Part shown: positions 8,003 through 19,749 of the stretch, piece after piece
Layout of the letters: every line of letters begins with the position of its first letter
How positions within the stretch are numbered: position 1 is the first letter of the stretch
Assembly (NCBI GenBank): GCA_963845755.1
Contig: CAWJTV010000028.1
Span: 256,001 to 320,000 of the forward strand
Direction of reading: 5' to 3'
DNA: 64,000 nucleotides
From: an uncultured Planctomycetota bacterium
Lineage (GTDB): Bacteria; Planctomycetota; Planctomycetia; Isosphaerales; Isosphaeraceae
Program-made: the position numbers and the translations under genes
Notes under the pieces: model-generated
The model's input: the letters and a program-made list of their open reading frames with translations, nothing else
The model's database searches: none
What the model was told of the DNA's origin: nothing

Positions 8003-9383
8003 ATGGAAACGCCCTTGTCTGCCTCTGCGGCAACTGGTTACTCGCGCCGCGCCTGGCTGCGCCGGGGCGCCGTCTCCTGGTTGGGGCTGAACTTCGCGGA
8101 CATGCTGCGATGGCGGGCCGAGGCTTCACCGCGCAAGGGTCGACCGATCCGCGGAGTGATCCTGGCGTTCTGTCCCGGTGGACCGAGCCACCTGGAGACC
8201 TTCGACCCCAAACCGAACGCACCGCGGGAGATCCGGGGTGAGTTCGACACGATCGCCACGGCACTTCCCGGCGTCCGGTTCGGGGAGCATCTTCCGAACC
8301 TGGCGCAGCGGCTGGATCGATTGACCGTGGTGCGCTCGATGACGACCACTAGCCCCGTGCACGAGCTGGCGGTGCACCGGCTCCTGGGCGGCGTTACCGA
8401 ACCGCCGTCGGGGACGGGCGTCGCCGCGACCCGGAATGACCGCCCGCACCTCGGTGCCGTGGTGGCCGCGGCGCGGCAACCCGGCCAGGGGATTCCCCCC
8501 GCAGTGATCTTGCCGACCCGGTTGACTTTCGAAGGGACGACATTTCCGGGTCAGAATGCCGGCTTCCTCGGGGCGCGCTATGATCCCTGGCACCTGGTCG
8601 GCGACCCCTCCGATCCCCGATTCGCGGCGTCCGTGCTGGAGATGCCCGCGGAGATCTCCATGGCGCGGAGTCGCGAGCGATTGGACTTGCTCGGCCTGGT
8701 CGATCGACAGCGCCGGGAGTTCGACCGCGAGCGGTCGGTCCAGGACTTCGACGTCTTCCGACGCCGGGCGATGGACGTCCTGGCTTCGGGGGAGTGCCGG
8801 CGCGCCTTTGGCCTGGAGAGGGAGGACCCGCGCCCGCGATCGGTACGGACGGACGCTGATGGGCCAAGGGCTGCTCCTGGGCCTCCGCCTGGTGGAGGCC
8901 GGCGTACCGCTGGTGCAGGTCAACCTGGGTGATTCGAACGTCTGGGATACGCACGAGAACAATTTCGGACGGCTCAAAGGCATTCTACTTCCTCCGTTCG
9001 ATCGGGCGGTCTCGGCGCTGGTCGACGACCTGGAGCGGCGCGGACTCTGGGAAGAGGTGCTGGTGATCGTGACGGGCGAGTTCGGCCGGACCCCGCGCGT
9101 CGGCCAGCCGATCAAGGGGGGGGCCGGGGCCAAGCCCGACGGCCGCGATCACTGGCCGGGCGTTTTCAGCCTGCTGGCCTTCGGTGCCGGCGTCGCGCGG
9201 GGACAGGTCCTCGGCGCCAGCGATCCTCTCGCTTCCTTCCCCAGGTCGGCCGCCGTCTACTCTCCCGCCGACCTGGCCGCCAACGTGCTCGAGGCCCTGG
9301 GTATCGATCTCACGGGTACCTTGACCGATGCCCTGGGCCGGCCGTTCCCCGTCAATTCCGGGACGCCGATCCCTTGGGCGTGA
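8003..9383 (+). CDS. DUF1501 domain protein (frameshift ~8832)
   Basis: 'SRRAWL' Tat-like motif, 'GGPSHLETFDPKP', 'WDTH', 'GEFGRTP', 'GRDHWP'; joins ORFs 8003-8932 and 8556-9383. Confidence 0.9.
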
Positions 9384-9426
9384 GCCATCGCGTTGAGAGC
9401 GAGCCGACGGCGGGAGACCACTCTTC

Positions 9427-10405
9427 ATGCGTGTTCTGATCACAGGCGGCGCGGGTTTCATCGGGTCCCACCTGTCCGACGTGTGCCTGGCGCGCGGCGA
9501 TGAGGTCTACATCCTCGACGACCTCTCCACGGGCAGCATCGACAACATCCGCCACCTCAGGGAGAATCCGCGCTTCCACTATACGATCGAGAGCGTGCAC
9601 CACGGTCCGACGGTCGCCGAGCTGGTCAACCAGTGCGACGTGGTCTTTCACCTGGCGGCGGCGGTCGGCGTTCGTCTGATCGTCGAGAGCCCGGTCCGGA
9701 CCATCGAGACGAACGTCCATGGCACGGAAGTCGTCCTGGCCAAGGCCAACCAGAAAAAGAAGAAGGTCCTGATCGCGTCAACCTCGGAGGTCTACGGTCT
9801 GAGCGACCAGGTTCCGTTCCGCGAGGACGGTAACCTGGTGCTCGGCCCGACTTCCAAGGGTCGATGGAGCTATGCCTGCTCCAAGGCGATCGACGAATTC
9901 CTGGCGCTGGCCTACTGGCGCGAGCGGAAGCTTCCCACGGTGATCGTCCGGTTGTTCAACACGGTCGGGCCGCGCCAGACGGGCCAGTACGGGATGGTCG
10001 TGCCGACGTTCATCAAGCAGGCCATGACCGGCCGGCCGATCACGATCCATGGCGATGGCCGGCAATCGCGCGTGCTTTGCCCATGTCAGCGACGTGGTCT
10101 CAGCCCTGGTGGGGCTCATGGATCATCCCGGTGCCGTGGGCGAGGTCTTCAACATCGGATCGAACGAGGAAGTGACCATCCGCGCGCTGGCCGAACGGGT
10201 CAAGGCGTTGGCCAACTCCGACTCGGAGATCGTCACGGTCCCCTACGAGCAAGCTTACGGCGAGGGTTTCGAGGACATGCCGCGCCGGGTGCCTGATATC
10301 AGCAAGGTCGGTCGATTGGTCGGCTATCGGCCGACGAAATCGCTCGATGAGATCCTCAAGAGTGTGATCGAGTTCTTCCGGAATTCTCCGCTGGGTGCCT
10401 TGTGA
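9427..10405 (+). CDS. NAD-dependent nucleotide-sugar epimerase/dehydratase (frameshift ~10072)
   Basis: GGAGFIGS, 'ASTSEVYG', YxxSK, 'RLFNTVGPRQ', 'EDMPRRVPD'. Confidence 0.92.
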
Positions 10406-10416
10406 GCGCCGATCCG

Positions 10417-11419
10417 TCAGGAGACATCGATTCGAGGCTCGCCGCGTCCGGATGCCGTTTCACTTCGTCGAACGATATACGACGGCCGCTGCTTGGATTC
10501 GAGGAAGATGAGCCGGAGGTATTCGCCGATGACGCCGAGGCTCATGAGCTGGACGGCCCCCATGAACAGGACGACGATCATCGTGGAAGCCCAACCCTGG
10601 GGTGCAGTGTGATGATGGATCGCGTCATTGAGCACCCAGACGGTCAAGCCCATCGCCAGACAGGAAGCGGCGACGCCGAGGTAGGTGACGAGTCTCAGCA
10701 GGTGCGCCGCTGAAGCTGACCAGACCGTCGATCGCCAATCCCATTAGTTTGTTCAGCGTGTATTTCGGATGGCCTGCTTCCCGGGCCGGTCGATCGTAGG
10801 AGACGCCCACCTGGCGAAAGCCGAGGAAACTCCGAAGGCCCCGCACGAACCGGCAACGCTCGGGTAGCCGGTTGAGCGCATCGACAACGCGCCGGTCCAT
10901 CAGGCAGAAATCGCCGCTATCCCGCGGGATCTCCAGGTCGCTGATACGGCCCAGGAGACGATAGAAGGCCTGGTATGCGAGCCGCTTGAGGGGTCCTTCC
11001 GCGCGGCTGCGCCGGACGGCATAAACGACGTCCGCCCCGTCGCGCCACCGGCGAACCAGTTCGGGAATCAGCTCGGGAGGGTCTTGCAGGTCGCCATCCA
11101 TGACGATGACGGCCCGACCCCGGGCGTGCTCCAGGCCCGCCGAGATCGCCGCCTGATGACCAAAATTGCGGCTCAGGTGCACCACGACCACGCGCATGTC
11201 CTGTGCGTGCAACGCATCGATCATGCGCGGGGTTTCATCCGTGCTCCCATCGTTGACGAACACGATCTCGAACGGCGAACCCGAGGCTTCCAGGACTGCG
11301 TGCAGCCGATGCCAGAGCGCGGGGACGTTGTCCTCCTCGTTAAACACGGGGATGACGACGCTGAGCAGGCCAGATACGCGGAGGCGTCGGGGCTCCGAGA
11401 AATGGGGTGATTGAACCAC
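10417..11419 (-). CDS. GT2 glycosyltransferase, polyprenol-phosphate glycosyltransferase (GtrB/ArnC-like) (frameshift ~10705)
   Basis: 'VVIPVFNEE', 'VNDGSTD', 'LSRNFGHQ', 'MDGDLQDPP', 'SGDFCLMDR', two C-terminal TM helices and 'GEYL'. Confidence 0.92.
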
Positions 11420-11753
11420 GTCAACGTCCCTGTCGAAGGGGGGTAGGTCATTCCTGGCCCGGCCACTATAACAGAAGCCCCTGGGAGCGGAAGCCGTCTT
11501 GGTGCATGGGTGACGAACGTTCTTAACAATGGGAGTCTCAAGGGGGTTTCGCGATCGGCCCGGCCGGATCAGAATGAAAAGTCAGTGCGACATGGAGCGA
11601 GTCCTGGCCGGAGTCAACGCTTGCGTTGCCGAGAGCGGTGTTCTAGAACGAGTCCGTTGCGTTTCCGGCCAGGAAAGCGGGATCCGAAAGACAAGCGGCG
11701 GGGTCAGCGTGCGCTCCCCGCGCCGATTACCGAGAACTCGAGGCGTAGGAGTG

Positions 11754-13000
11754 ATGGGATGGGAGAACAGAATCTCGCCGCGCAGGCTCGCGCAGGCGCT
11801 GGATGGCGGTGAAGGGGTCCTCAGGCTGGCCCCGACATGGGTGCCCCGGTCGTTCTTGATGCCCGGCGCACGTTTGAAGCTATCGCGTGAGGACCTGTAT
11901 GCACTGGGGACGCATCGGGGCGGGATCGACGAGCGCTGGTTCGCCTCCACCACCGCCGCGGCCAACGAAGGCGCATCCGCCGGATGAGGGACTCAGCTAC
12001 GTGGTCCAGGATGGGGATCGGTTTACCCTCAAGGACGCGATCGCCGAGCTCGGCACGGAGATGATCGGCGCCTCGCTCTGGGATACGTACCAGCGCTGGC
12101 CGGTCTACAGCAAGTTCTTCGACAATCTCGGACCGATTCCACACCACATGCACCAGAACCAGGAACAGGCGGCCAAGCTGGGCCTGGAAGGCAAGCCCGA
12201 GAGCTACTACTTCCCGCCACAACTCAACTGGACCGGCAATCATTTCCCGTACACGTTCTTCGGCCTGGAGCCCGGGACGACGAAGCAAGACCTGCACCTC
12301 TGTCTCGAGCGCTGGAACCTCGGTGACAACGGCATCCTGGACCTGTCGAAGGCCTATCGCCTCAAGCCGGGGACCGGCTGGCTGGTCCCGCCGTGTGTCC
12401 TGCACGCCGCCGGGTCGCTCGTGACTTACGAGCCACAGTGGGGCTCCGACGTCTTCGGGATGTATCAGTCGATGGTCGAAGGTCGAACGCGTCCCCTGGG
12501 AGCTGCTGGTCAAGGATGTCCCCAAGGAACATCACCAGGACCTCGATTATCTCGTCGATCAGCTCGACTGGGAGAAGAACGTCGATCCCGAGTTCAAGAA
12601 GCACAATTACCTCGAGCCGATCGTCCGGTCCGGCGGCCGTGAGGCGGGCTATGCCGACAAATGGATCGTTTACGGACGTGTCAACGGCAAGCAGCTCTTC
12701 AGCGCCTGCGAGCTGACCGTCGAGCCCGGCCGCTCGGCGACCATCAAGGACCCGGGCGCCTACGGCCTGATCGTCGTCCAGGGGAGCGGCACCATCGGCA
12801 AGTTGGCGGTCGATAGTCCGAACTTCATCCGCTACGGTGAAGTCACCCAGGACGAGGTCTTCGTCACGGCCAAGCGGGCCGGCGAGGGCGTCACGTTCAA
12901 TAACACCGGCAGCGAGCCGTTCGTCAGCCTCCGCTACTTCGGGCCGGATACGCATTCGGACCTGCCGGACGTGGGGGATCATCACAAGACCAGAAAGTGA
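11754..13000 (+). CDS. cupin-fold sugar isomerase, phosphomannose-isomerase-like (frameshifts ~11975, ~12490)
   Basis: 'ERW', 'SKFFD..PIPHHMH', 'GKPESYY', 'LHAAG..TYEPQ..SD' metal-binding pattern; AGGAG RBS. Confidence 0.75.
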
Positions 13001-13009
13001 GGAGTTGGC

Positions 13010-13717
13010 ATGGCGACGACGTCCACCATCTCGGTCGCCATCGAGGATGGCGAGGAACAGTTCGTGATTCCGCGCGTGAGTTGGGATGCTTACCTTGCCT
13101 TCAATGACGCGCTGGGTGAACGGTCCTATCCCCGAATGGTCTTCTGCGCAGGACGACTGACCTTAATGGGAAAATCGAGACGCCATGAGAGGTTGTCGCG
13201 CTGCCTCAGCTACTTTGTGGTTGGTGTGGCTGGTGCCTTGGGGCTCGAGTGCGAAGCGTCGGGCGAAGCAACTTGCCGGCGCCGCGAGAAGGAGGCCGGT
13301 CTGGAAGGAGATGAGACGTTCCATTTCGGTGCTAACGCCGTCAGGATGCGCGGGCTGAGAGACTACGATTTTGACGTGGATCCACCACCAGACCTGGCCG
13401 TCGAAGTCGAGGTGAGCCACTCCGCCGATGACGCCGTCGAGGCATGGGGGCGACTGGGCACGACCGAGATTTGGCGTTTTGATGTGCGGCGCTACTCCTG
13501 CACGTTCTGGAACCGTAGCGCGGACGGATCGTACCAGCAGATTGCACGTAGTTCGTTCCTGGCTGGGCTCGAGCCTGCCGACGTCGTGGACCAGATGCGG
13601 CGCGTGCTCGAGATCGGAACGACCAAGTGGCGCGTGCATCTCGACGATTGGGTTCGTGGCACACTCATACCCAGACAACGCAAGGCCAGCCCCAAGCGAC
13701 GTAAAGGGGGTGGATGA
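13010..13717 (+). CDS. Uma2-family PD-(D/E)xK endonuclease-like protein
   Basis: 'VSWDAY', 'GLEGDETF', 'PPPDLAVEVEVS', 'EIWRFD'. Confidence 0.88.
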   Translation: MATTSTISVAIEDGEEQFVIPRVSWDAYLAFNDALGERSYPRMVFCAGRLTLMGKSRRHERLSRCLSYFVVGVAGALGLECEASGEATCRRREKEAGLEGDETFHFGANAVRMRGLRDYDFDVDPPPDLAVEVEVSHSADDAVEAWGRLGTTEIWRFDVRRYSCTFWNRSADGSYQQIARSSFLAGLEPADVVDQMRRVLEIGTTKWRVHLDDWVRGTLIPRQRKASPKRRKGGG

Positions 13718-13772
13718 CGGGTAATTCGGGTTGGTCACGGCGTCAAACGGGCGAATGGCCGGGAGGTGTCGG

Positions 13773-14473
13773 ATGGTAACGGACTCCGAGGAAGGTCGGA
13801 CCAACGAATTCGGGGACATGGCCAACAACGATCTCGCCAGCGATCTGCCGGACGACCTGCGCGCCGGGTCAAGGGCGAGCTCGACCCGGGCGAGCGCTTG
13901 TTGTGGGCTTCCCGCTCCTATCCTCCGTTTGTCCGCCCGATCGCGGGACACTTCATCGCGAGTGCAATCGCGCTACTCCTCCTGATCGGTGGGGTTCTCG
14001 TCATCACCCTCGCCTGGAAAGAATTGCGAACCCATGACAATCCGAATCCCACGATGCCCTTCGGGATTATTCTCTGCGTTGCGAGTGGCGTGACGATGCT
14101 GGGGACGATCGCCCACTGGATCGGGATCTCGCACGAACAACGCCGGCGATCCGGCGCCTACTACGCGGTAACCGACCGTCGTGCGATCGTCTGGATTCCC
14201 GAGCCGAAGTCCGATGCGATCAGGGTTATTCTGCTGCCCAAAGGGCAGATCGAAGGCGTGCTGCGCATCGAGCCGCCGGATGGCTCTGGCACCCTGGAGC
14301 TTTCCTGCCCGAACTCTCCAGTGGGTATACCCTGGTATCCTTTCGGTTTCCAGCACATTCACGATGTGCGTCGCGTCGAGCACATCGTGCGGGAAAATCT
14401 CATCACGGCGAAGGAAGGGTCGGCGCGAAAGGCCATCCGACCCGGAGATAACGATTACGAACCATTGTTTTGA
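13773..14473 (+). CDS. two-TM membrane protein with PH-like domain, paralog 1 (frameshift ~13863)
   Basis: 'ELDPGERLLW', two TM helices, 'YAVTDRRAI', 'DGSGTL', 'IHDVRRVE'; GGAGG RBS. Confidence 0.75.
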
Positions 14474-14533
14474 TGATCGATAGAATCGATGGGGCTGTGT
14501 CGTCGAAATGGCGAACCGGCCTGGAGCCGTCCG

Positions 14534-15184
14534 ATGATAACAGATTCCGCCGAATCTCGAACCAAGGACTTTAGCGACATGGCCGGCGACGATCTCGCTG
14601 GCGATATGCCGGACGATCTGCGCCGCCGAGTCGAGCGCGAGCTCGAGCCGGGCGAACGGTTGCTCTGGGCGGGCGTCTCCTCGCCCCCTTCCGCGTCCAT
14701 CGGGGGCGGATACATCGTGGCAAGTACGGTCGCGTTGACCCTCCTGGTGGGAGGAGCCGTGATGATCGTCGCCGGCACACTAGACACCAGGGTGTATATC
14801 CATCGGGATTCTCCGATCCAGTTCGGGATTCTTCTTTGTATCCTGGCCTTCCTGACCATGATCGGGACGATCGCCGCCTGGTTCGGTGCGCGAGGTGAAC
14901 GGCGCCGGCAATCGACCGTCTCCTACGCCATCACCGATCGGCGCACCATCCACTGGCAGCCGGAACCGAACTCGGATGCCGTCCGCCTTGTGTACCTGCG
15001 ACGTGGCGAAATCCAGCGCGTGGTCCGGATTGAGCGTCCGGACGGTTCTGGCAGCCTCGAGTTCCGGCGGGCGGAGCACATGAACTACTACTCCGGTTCC
15101 AACACATTCAAAGACATACTCGACGTGCGTCGCGTCGAGCAGATCGTCCGGAACAACTTGATGAACGACGAGAAGACCGGCTGA
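14534..15184 (+). CDS. two-TM membrane protein with PH-like domain, paralog 2
   Basis: 'ELEPGERLLW', 'YAITDRR', 'DGSGSL', 'ILDVRRVE'. Confidence 0.8.
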   Translation: MITDSAESRTKDFSDMAGDDLAGDMPDDLRRRVERELEPGERLLWAGVSSPPSASIGGGYIVASTVALTLLVGGAVMIVAGTLDTRVYIHRDSPIQFGILLCILAFLTMIGTIAAWFGARGERRRQSTVSYAITDRRTIHWQPEPNSDAVRLVYLRRGEIQRVVRIERPDGSGSLEFRRAEHMNYYSGSNTFKDILDVRRVEQIVRNNLMNDEKTG

Positions 15185-15223
15185 GTGGAATTCCGACTCG
15201 GCCAGAGCGAATCGAGGTTCGAG

Positions 15224-15902
15224 ATGCCGGCGGATCCTGGAGAGACGATCATCGGCACCCCGTCGGGCACCGGCGGCGAAAGTCAGGTCGGCGACCTGAC
15301 CGACGATCAGCGCCACCGCACTCAAGGCCGAACTCGCACCGGGCGAGCGAATCCTCTGGGTGGAGCGGGCGGGTGCACCGCCGACACCCACGATCGGCGT
15401 GTTTCCGGCCCTCTTCGCGTCGGTCATTTGCGGCTCCAGCGGCTTCGCCTTGATGGTCCTGTTCGGAATCTATGGTGCCCGCAACCGGCATCCGGCCGAG
15501 ACGGTGTTCTTGCTCTGCCTGCCACCGGCCGCGATCGGCGCCGTGACGGCGATCGGACTCATCGGGCGCTGGGCCCACCACGAACGGACGAAATGGCGCC
15601 TCTCGCGGACGTTTTATGCCCTGACCGATCGGCGGGCGATCGTCGGGTCGGATTCGCGGAGTACCGGCGAGGTTGCCATCGGTTTCTTCACCCGCGAGAT
15701 GTTCGATGACACCCGTTGCATCGAATACGGTAACGGCTCGGGAGACGTGTTTTTCGTGAGCCATGATGACGTCGTCTGGCCGGAGTGGGGCTTCCTCGGC
15801 ATCTCCGCCTCGAAGCATGTGGAAACCCTGGTACGGCAGGTTCTGCTCGGCAAAGGCCCGGTCGTCGGGTCCGAAGAATCGGCGGGAATCGACTGTCCGT
15901 GA
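15224..15902 (+). CDS. two-TM membrane protein with PH-like domain, paralog 3 (frameshift ~15315)
   Basis: 'ELAPGERILW', 'YALTDRRAI', 'NGSGDV', 'KHVE'. Confidence 0.72.
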
Positions 15903-15962
15903 ACGATCCTCCGGGCGGGCAGAAGCTCGCCGGTTTCTCTCCTCTTTTGACAAGGGCCTTCC

Positions 15963-17012
15963 ATGAGTCGCAATCATCCCCACAAATACCCGAAACTGCA
16001 CAATGCGATGTGGCCCGGACTGGTCGGCAAGGGGAGCCCTGGCGCCGAGCCGACCATCGACCTGGATACCATGCTCAACCTGACCGCCGCGGCGGAAGTC
16101 GATGGGACAAGGTTCGACGGGGTCAACATCTTCCTCTACGATCCCCACATCAACATCGACATCAGCGACGACGACCTCAATGCCGTGGCCGGCAAGGTTG
16201 CGAAGAAGGGATTCGTGGTCGGATCGGTGGTGGCCCCGGTCTGGTTCGACGGCTCGGCAATGGGAGATGACCGCCAGCGGGAGAACTACCTGACCGCGAT
16301 CCGCAAGGCATGCCGGATCGCCCAGAAGCTCCGCGAGCTGGGGGTACGACCCTATGGCATCGTCCGGATCGACTCGGCCTCCTCCCCGGCCGACTGGGCC
16401 AAGGACCCCGAGGCCAACCAGAAACGGATCGCGGACACCTTCAAGCAGGCCGCGACGATCGCCCGGGACCATGGCGAGCGGTTGGCGGCCGAAGGCGAGA
16501 TCTGCTGGGGTGGGATGCACTCCTGGCGCACCATGGTCAACCTGCTGGAACGCGTCGGCGAACCGGAGACCGTCGGCTTCCAGGCCGACATGGCCCACAC
16601 GCTCCTCTACACTCTGGGAGAGAATGCGCCCGAGGATCGCATCCTCCCCGAGGACTATGACTGGCGCGACCATGCGACGCTCGACTCCGCCCTCAAGACG
16701 CTGACCGCCGCGCTTCGGCCCTGGACGATCGATTTCCACGTTGCCCAGAACGATGCCACGGTCTTCGGATCCGGGACCCACGATCATACCGGCCGCCATT
16801 GCCTGGCCAACGATCCCAAGGGTAAGCTCGACATCCCCCACCACGCCCGATTCTGGCTCCGCGACGAGCACGGCCGGCTGACGAAAGCCTGCCGGCACAT
16901 CTGCTGGGACGGCTGCATGTTCCCCAACGCGGTCATGATGCAGCAGCAGACCTGGAACGATATCCTCGGGGTGATGATCCAGGTGCAGGATGCGCACGGT
17001 TGGAGCGAATGA
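15963..17012 (+). CDS. xylose-isomerase-like TIM-barrel sugar isomerase (possibly D-apiose-isomerase-like)
   Basis: 'LAAEGE', 'QADMAH', 'FHVAQND', 'CWD' metal-ligand pattern; N-terminal '[15 protein letters not shown]'. Confidence 0.8.
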   Translation: MSRNHPHKYPKLHNAMWPGLVGKGSPGAEPTIDLDTMLNLTAAAEVDGTRFDGVNIFLYDPHINIDISDDDLNAVAGKVAKKGFVVGSVVAPVWFDGSAMGDDRQRENYLTAIRKACRIAQKLRELGVRPYGIVRIDSASSPADWAKDPEANQKRIADTFKQAATIARDHGERLAAEGEICWGGMHSWRTMVNLLERVGEPETVGFQADMAHTLLYTLGENAPEDRILPEDYDWRDHATLDSALKTLTAALRPWTIDFHVAQNDATVFGSGTHDHTGRHCLANDPKGKLDIPHHARFWLRDEHGRLTKACRHICWDGCMFPNAVMMQQQTWNDILGVMIQVQDAHGWSE

Positions 17013-18199
17013 CGGTTCCCCGATCCTCCTCCTTCGAATTCAGGAATACTCATGGCGCAAAGAAAACTCTGAACATCGGCCTCGTCGGCTACGGCTTCAT
17101 GGGTCGGACCCATTCCAACGCCTACAAGCGGGTCAACGACTTCTTCGAGGTCGAGTACCGACCGGTGCTGAAAGCGGTCTGTGGCCGGACGGCCGATGGC
17201 GCGAGGGCCTTCGCCGACAAGTGGGGCTACGAGTCGGTCGAGACCGATTGGAAAAAGCTGGTCGCCCGCAAGGACATCGACGCAATCGACATCTGCACGC
17301 CCAACAATACGCACGCCGAGATCGCGAACGCCGCGGCCGCGGCCGGCAAGATGGTCCTGTGTGAGAAGCCACTCTCGATGAATCTTGTGCAAGGGCAGGG
17401 GATGGTGGATGCCGTCGAGAAGGCCGGCGTGCCCAACACCGTCTGGTACAACTACCGGCGGATTCCGGCCATCACCCTGGCGAAGCAGCTCATCGATGCC
17501 GGCCGGCTCGGCAAGATCTTCCACTACCGGGCCAACTTCCTCCAGGACTGGACGATCTCGGCCGACCTGCCACAGGGCGGTACTGGTCTCTGGCGGCTGG
17601 ACGTCGCGGCGGCTGGCTCGGGCGTCACCGGCGACCTGCTGGCGCACTGCATCGACACCGCGCTCTGGCTCAACGGCTCGATCGGTTCGGTCTGCGCCAT
17701 GACCGAGACGTTCATCAAGGAGCGGAAGCACAACCTCACCGGTAAGGTCGAACCGGTTGGGATCGACGACGCCTGCGCCTTCCTCTGCCGTTTCGACAAC
17801 GGCTCGCTCGGGTTGTTCGAATCGACGCGCTATGCGCACGGCCACAAGGCTCTATACACCTTCGAGGTCAACGGCGAGAAAGCGTCGCTCAAGTGGGACC
17901 TCGAAGACCTGCATCGGCTCGAATACTTCGACCATCGCGACGACTCGATCGTCCGCGGCTGGCGATCGATCCACGTCACCGACGGCGACATGCCCTACAT
18001 GAAGAACTGGTGGGTTCCGGGGCTCCAGATCGGCTACGAGCACACCTTCGTCCATCAGGTGGCGGATTTCCTGGAGAACCTCTCCAAGGGCCAGCCGACG
18101 GCACCGACGTTCCGCGACGCCCTGGCCACACAGGCCGTTTGCGACGCCGTGCTCGACTCGGCCGAGCATAGCAAGTGGGAGACGGTAGTGCCGGTGTGA
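17000..18199 (+). CDS. Gfo/Idh/MocA-family oxidoreductase (start uncertain)
   Basis: 'GYGFMGRTH', 'CTPNNTH', 'LCEKP', 'DLLAHCID'. Confidence 0.93.
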   Translation: MERMTVPRSSSFEFRNTHGAKKTLNIGLVGYGFMGRTHSNAYKRVNDFFEVEYRPVLKAVCGRTADGARAFADKWGYESVETDWKKLVARKDIDAIDICTPNNTHAEIANAAAAAGKMVLCEKPLSMNLVQGQGMVDAVEKAGVPNTVWYNYRRIPAITLAKQLIDAGRLGKIFHYRANFLQDWTISADLPQGGTGLWRLDVAAAGSGVTGDLLAHCIDTALWLNGSIGSVCAMTETFIKERKHNLTGKVEPVGIDDACAFLCRFDNGSLGLFESTRYAHGHKALYTFEVNGEKASLKWDLEDLHRLEYFDHRDDSIVRGWRSIHVTDGDMPYMKNWWVPGLQIGYEHTFVHQVADFLENLSKGQPTAPTFRDALATQAVCDAVLDSAEHSKWETVVPV

Positions 18200-18264
18200 C
18201 CATTTGGATCGATCGCTGCCTCGACAGGGGACCAAGCGATGGCTCTCTGGTGTTCCAGGAAGCT

Positions 18265-18793
18265 ATGAGCCAGAAGTCCGCAGACAATCATCGATTGGAT
18301 AGGCTGAGCATCGGCGTTGTCATGCTGCTGATCGCCGGCGTGGCATTTGGGCTTTGGCTGGTCGTATCGGGGGACGGCCCGGAGGGCGAGAATCGGTGGC
18401 TGGTTGTGCTCGAGTTTGTGCTCGGAGGTCTGTCGCTGGTAGGTCCGCCGCTGCTACTGTGGACCGCGAAACGACGGCCCTGGGGGGCTGGGAGGTTCCT
18501 CTGGTTCGCTCACGGCACGGCGGCCTGGTTGCTCTGGCCCCCCGTGGTTTATATGCGGACTCGCGGCGTGACTGCGAATTCCACCACCGCCGCTTGCTTC
18601 TTCTACGGCACCCCGCTGATGGCCGTTCACGTCACGGTCACGCTTCTGGCCGGTGGCCACTTCAAGGCGCTCGCGCCGGCGGCGAATCCGCCGCTCCTGG
18701 CAGGAAACCTTCGGACTCCTTCTGGGTCTCGTGTGGGCCTGCACGGGGCTTTACTGGATTTCGCGATTCTATCTCGAGGATCTCCAGAAATAA
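18265..18793 (+). CDS. multi-pass membrane protein of unknown function (frameshift ~18668)
   Basis: About five hydrophobic segments; the shifted frame continues 'RRSWQETFGLLLGLVWACTGLYW' to a TAA at 18793. Confidence 0.65.
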
Positions 18794-18817
18794 TTCCTCA
18801 ATGAGGGAAGACAGCTC

Positions 18818-19657
18818 ATGAAAACCGGCATGAACTTGCTCCTGTGGACCACCCACGTCACCGAGCAGCACGACGCGACCCTGGATCAGATCAAGTCGCT
18901 GGGCTTCGACGCCGTCGAGGTGCCGATCTTCGACACGGCGGACTTGGCGCCGTTCGAGCGGCTGGGCAAGCGGCTCAAAAGTCTCGGCTTGACCGCGACG
19001 GCCGTCACGGTGATGACCCCGGAAACCAACCCGATTTCTCCCGATGCCAAGATCCGTGATGCCGCCGTCGCCCATCTCGACCGCGTCATGGAATGCGGCC
19101 AGGCATTCGGCTGCGAGATCCTCTGCGGTCCGACCCACTCGGCCATCGGAGTCTTCTCGGGTGAAGGACCGACGGAGGATGAGTTCAAGTACGGTGTCGA
19201 GACGCTCCAGCGCGGCGCCGAGAAGGCCCAGGCGCGGAGCATGCGGATCGCCGTCGAGTATCTGAATCGGTTCGAGATCTACTTCCTCACGACGGCCGCG
19301 CAGACGTCGCGGTTCGTCCGGGCCGTGAACCATCCCCACTGCAAGATGATGTACGACAGCTTCCACGCCCACATCGAGGAGAAGAGCCAGGCGAAGGCGA
19401 TCGCCTCCTGCTCGGCCGAGACGATCCACGTCCACGTCTCGGAGAACGATCGTGGCATCCCCGGCACCGGCCAGGTCGACTGGGACGAATTCTTTGGCGG
19501 ACTGAAGAAGAGCGGCTATGATGGCTACCTGACGATCGAGGCGTTCGGCCGAGCGCTACCGGCCCTGGCCGCCGCAACGAAGGTCTGGCGCGACCTGTTT
19601 CCCGACGCGATGGGCCTGTGCCGTGACGGCCTGGCGTTCGTCAAGTCGCGGCTGTGA
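18818..19657 (+). CDS. sugar phosphate isomerase/epimerase (D-psicose/D-tagatose 3-epimerase-like)
   Basis: 'EYLNRFE', 'DSFH', 'HVHVSENDRGIPGTG', 'TIEAF'. Confidence 0.92.
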   Translation: MKTGMNLLLWTTHVTEQHDATLDQIKSLGFDAVEVPIFDTADLAPFERLGKRLKSLGLTATAVTVMTPETNPISPDAKIRDAAVAHLDRVMECGQAFGCEILCGPTHSAIGVFSGEGPTEDEFKYGVETLQRGAEKAQARSMRIAVEYLNRFEIYFLTTAAQTSRFVRAVNHPHCKMMYDSFHAHIEEKSQAKAIASCSAETIHVHVSENDRGIPGTGQVDWDEFFGGLKKSGYDGYLTIEAFGRALPALAAATKVWRDLFPDAMGLCRDGLAFVKSRL

Positions 19658-19749
19658 CCGACCCTCGCCGAATCCCTTCGAACCGGCCACCGACGTCCGG
19701 TGTCCGATCCCTCGACCGACAGGGCGTCGGCCTTCGCCTGGAGGATGGT

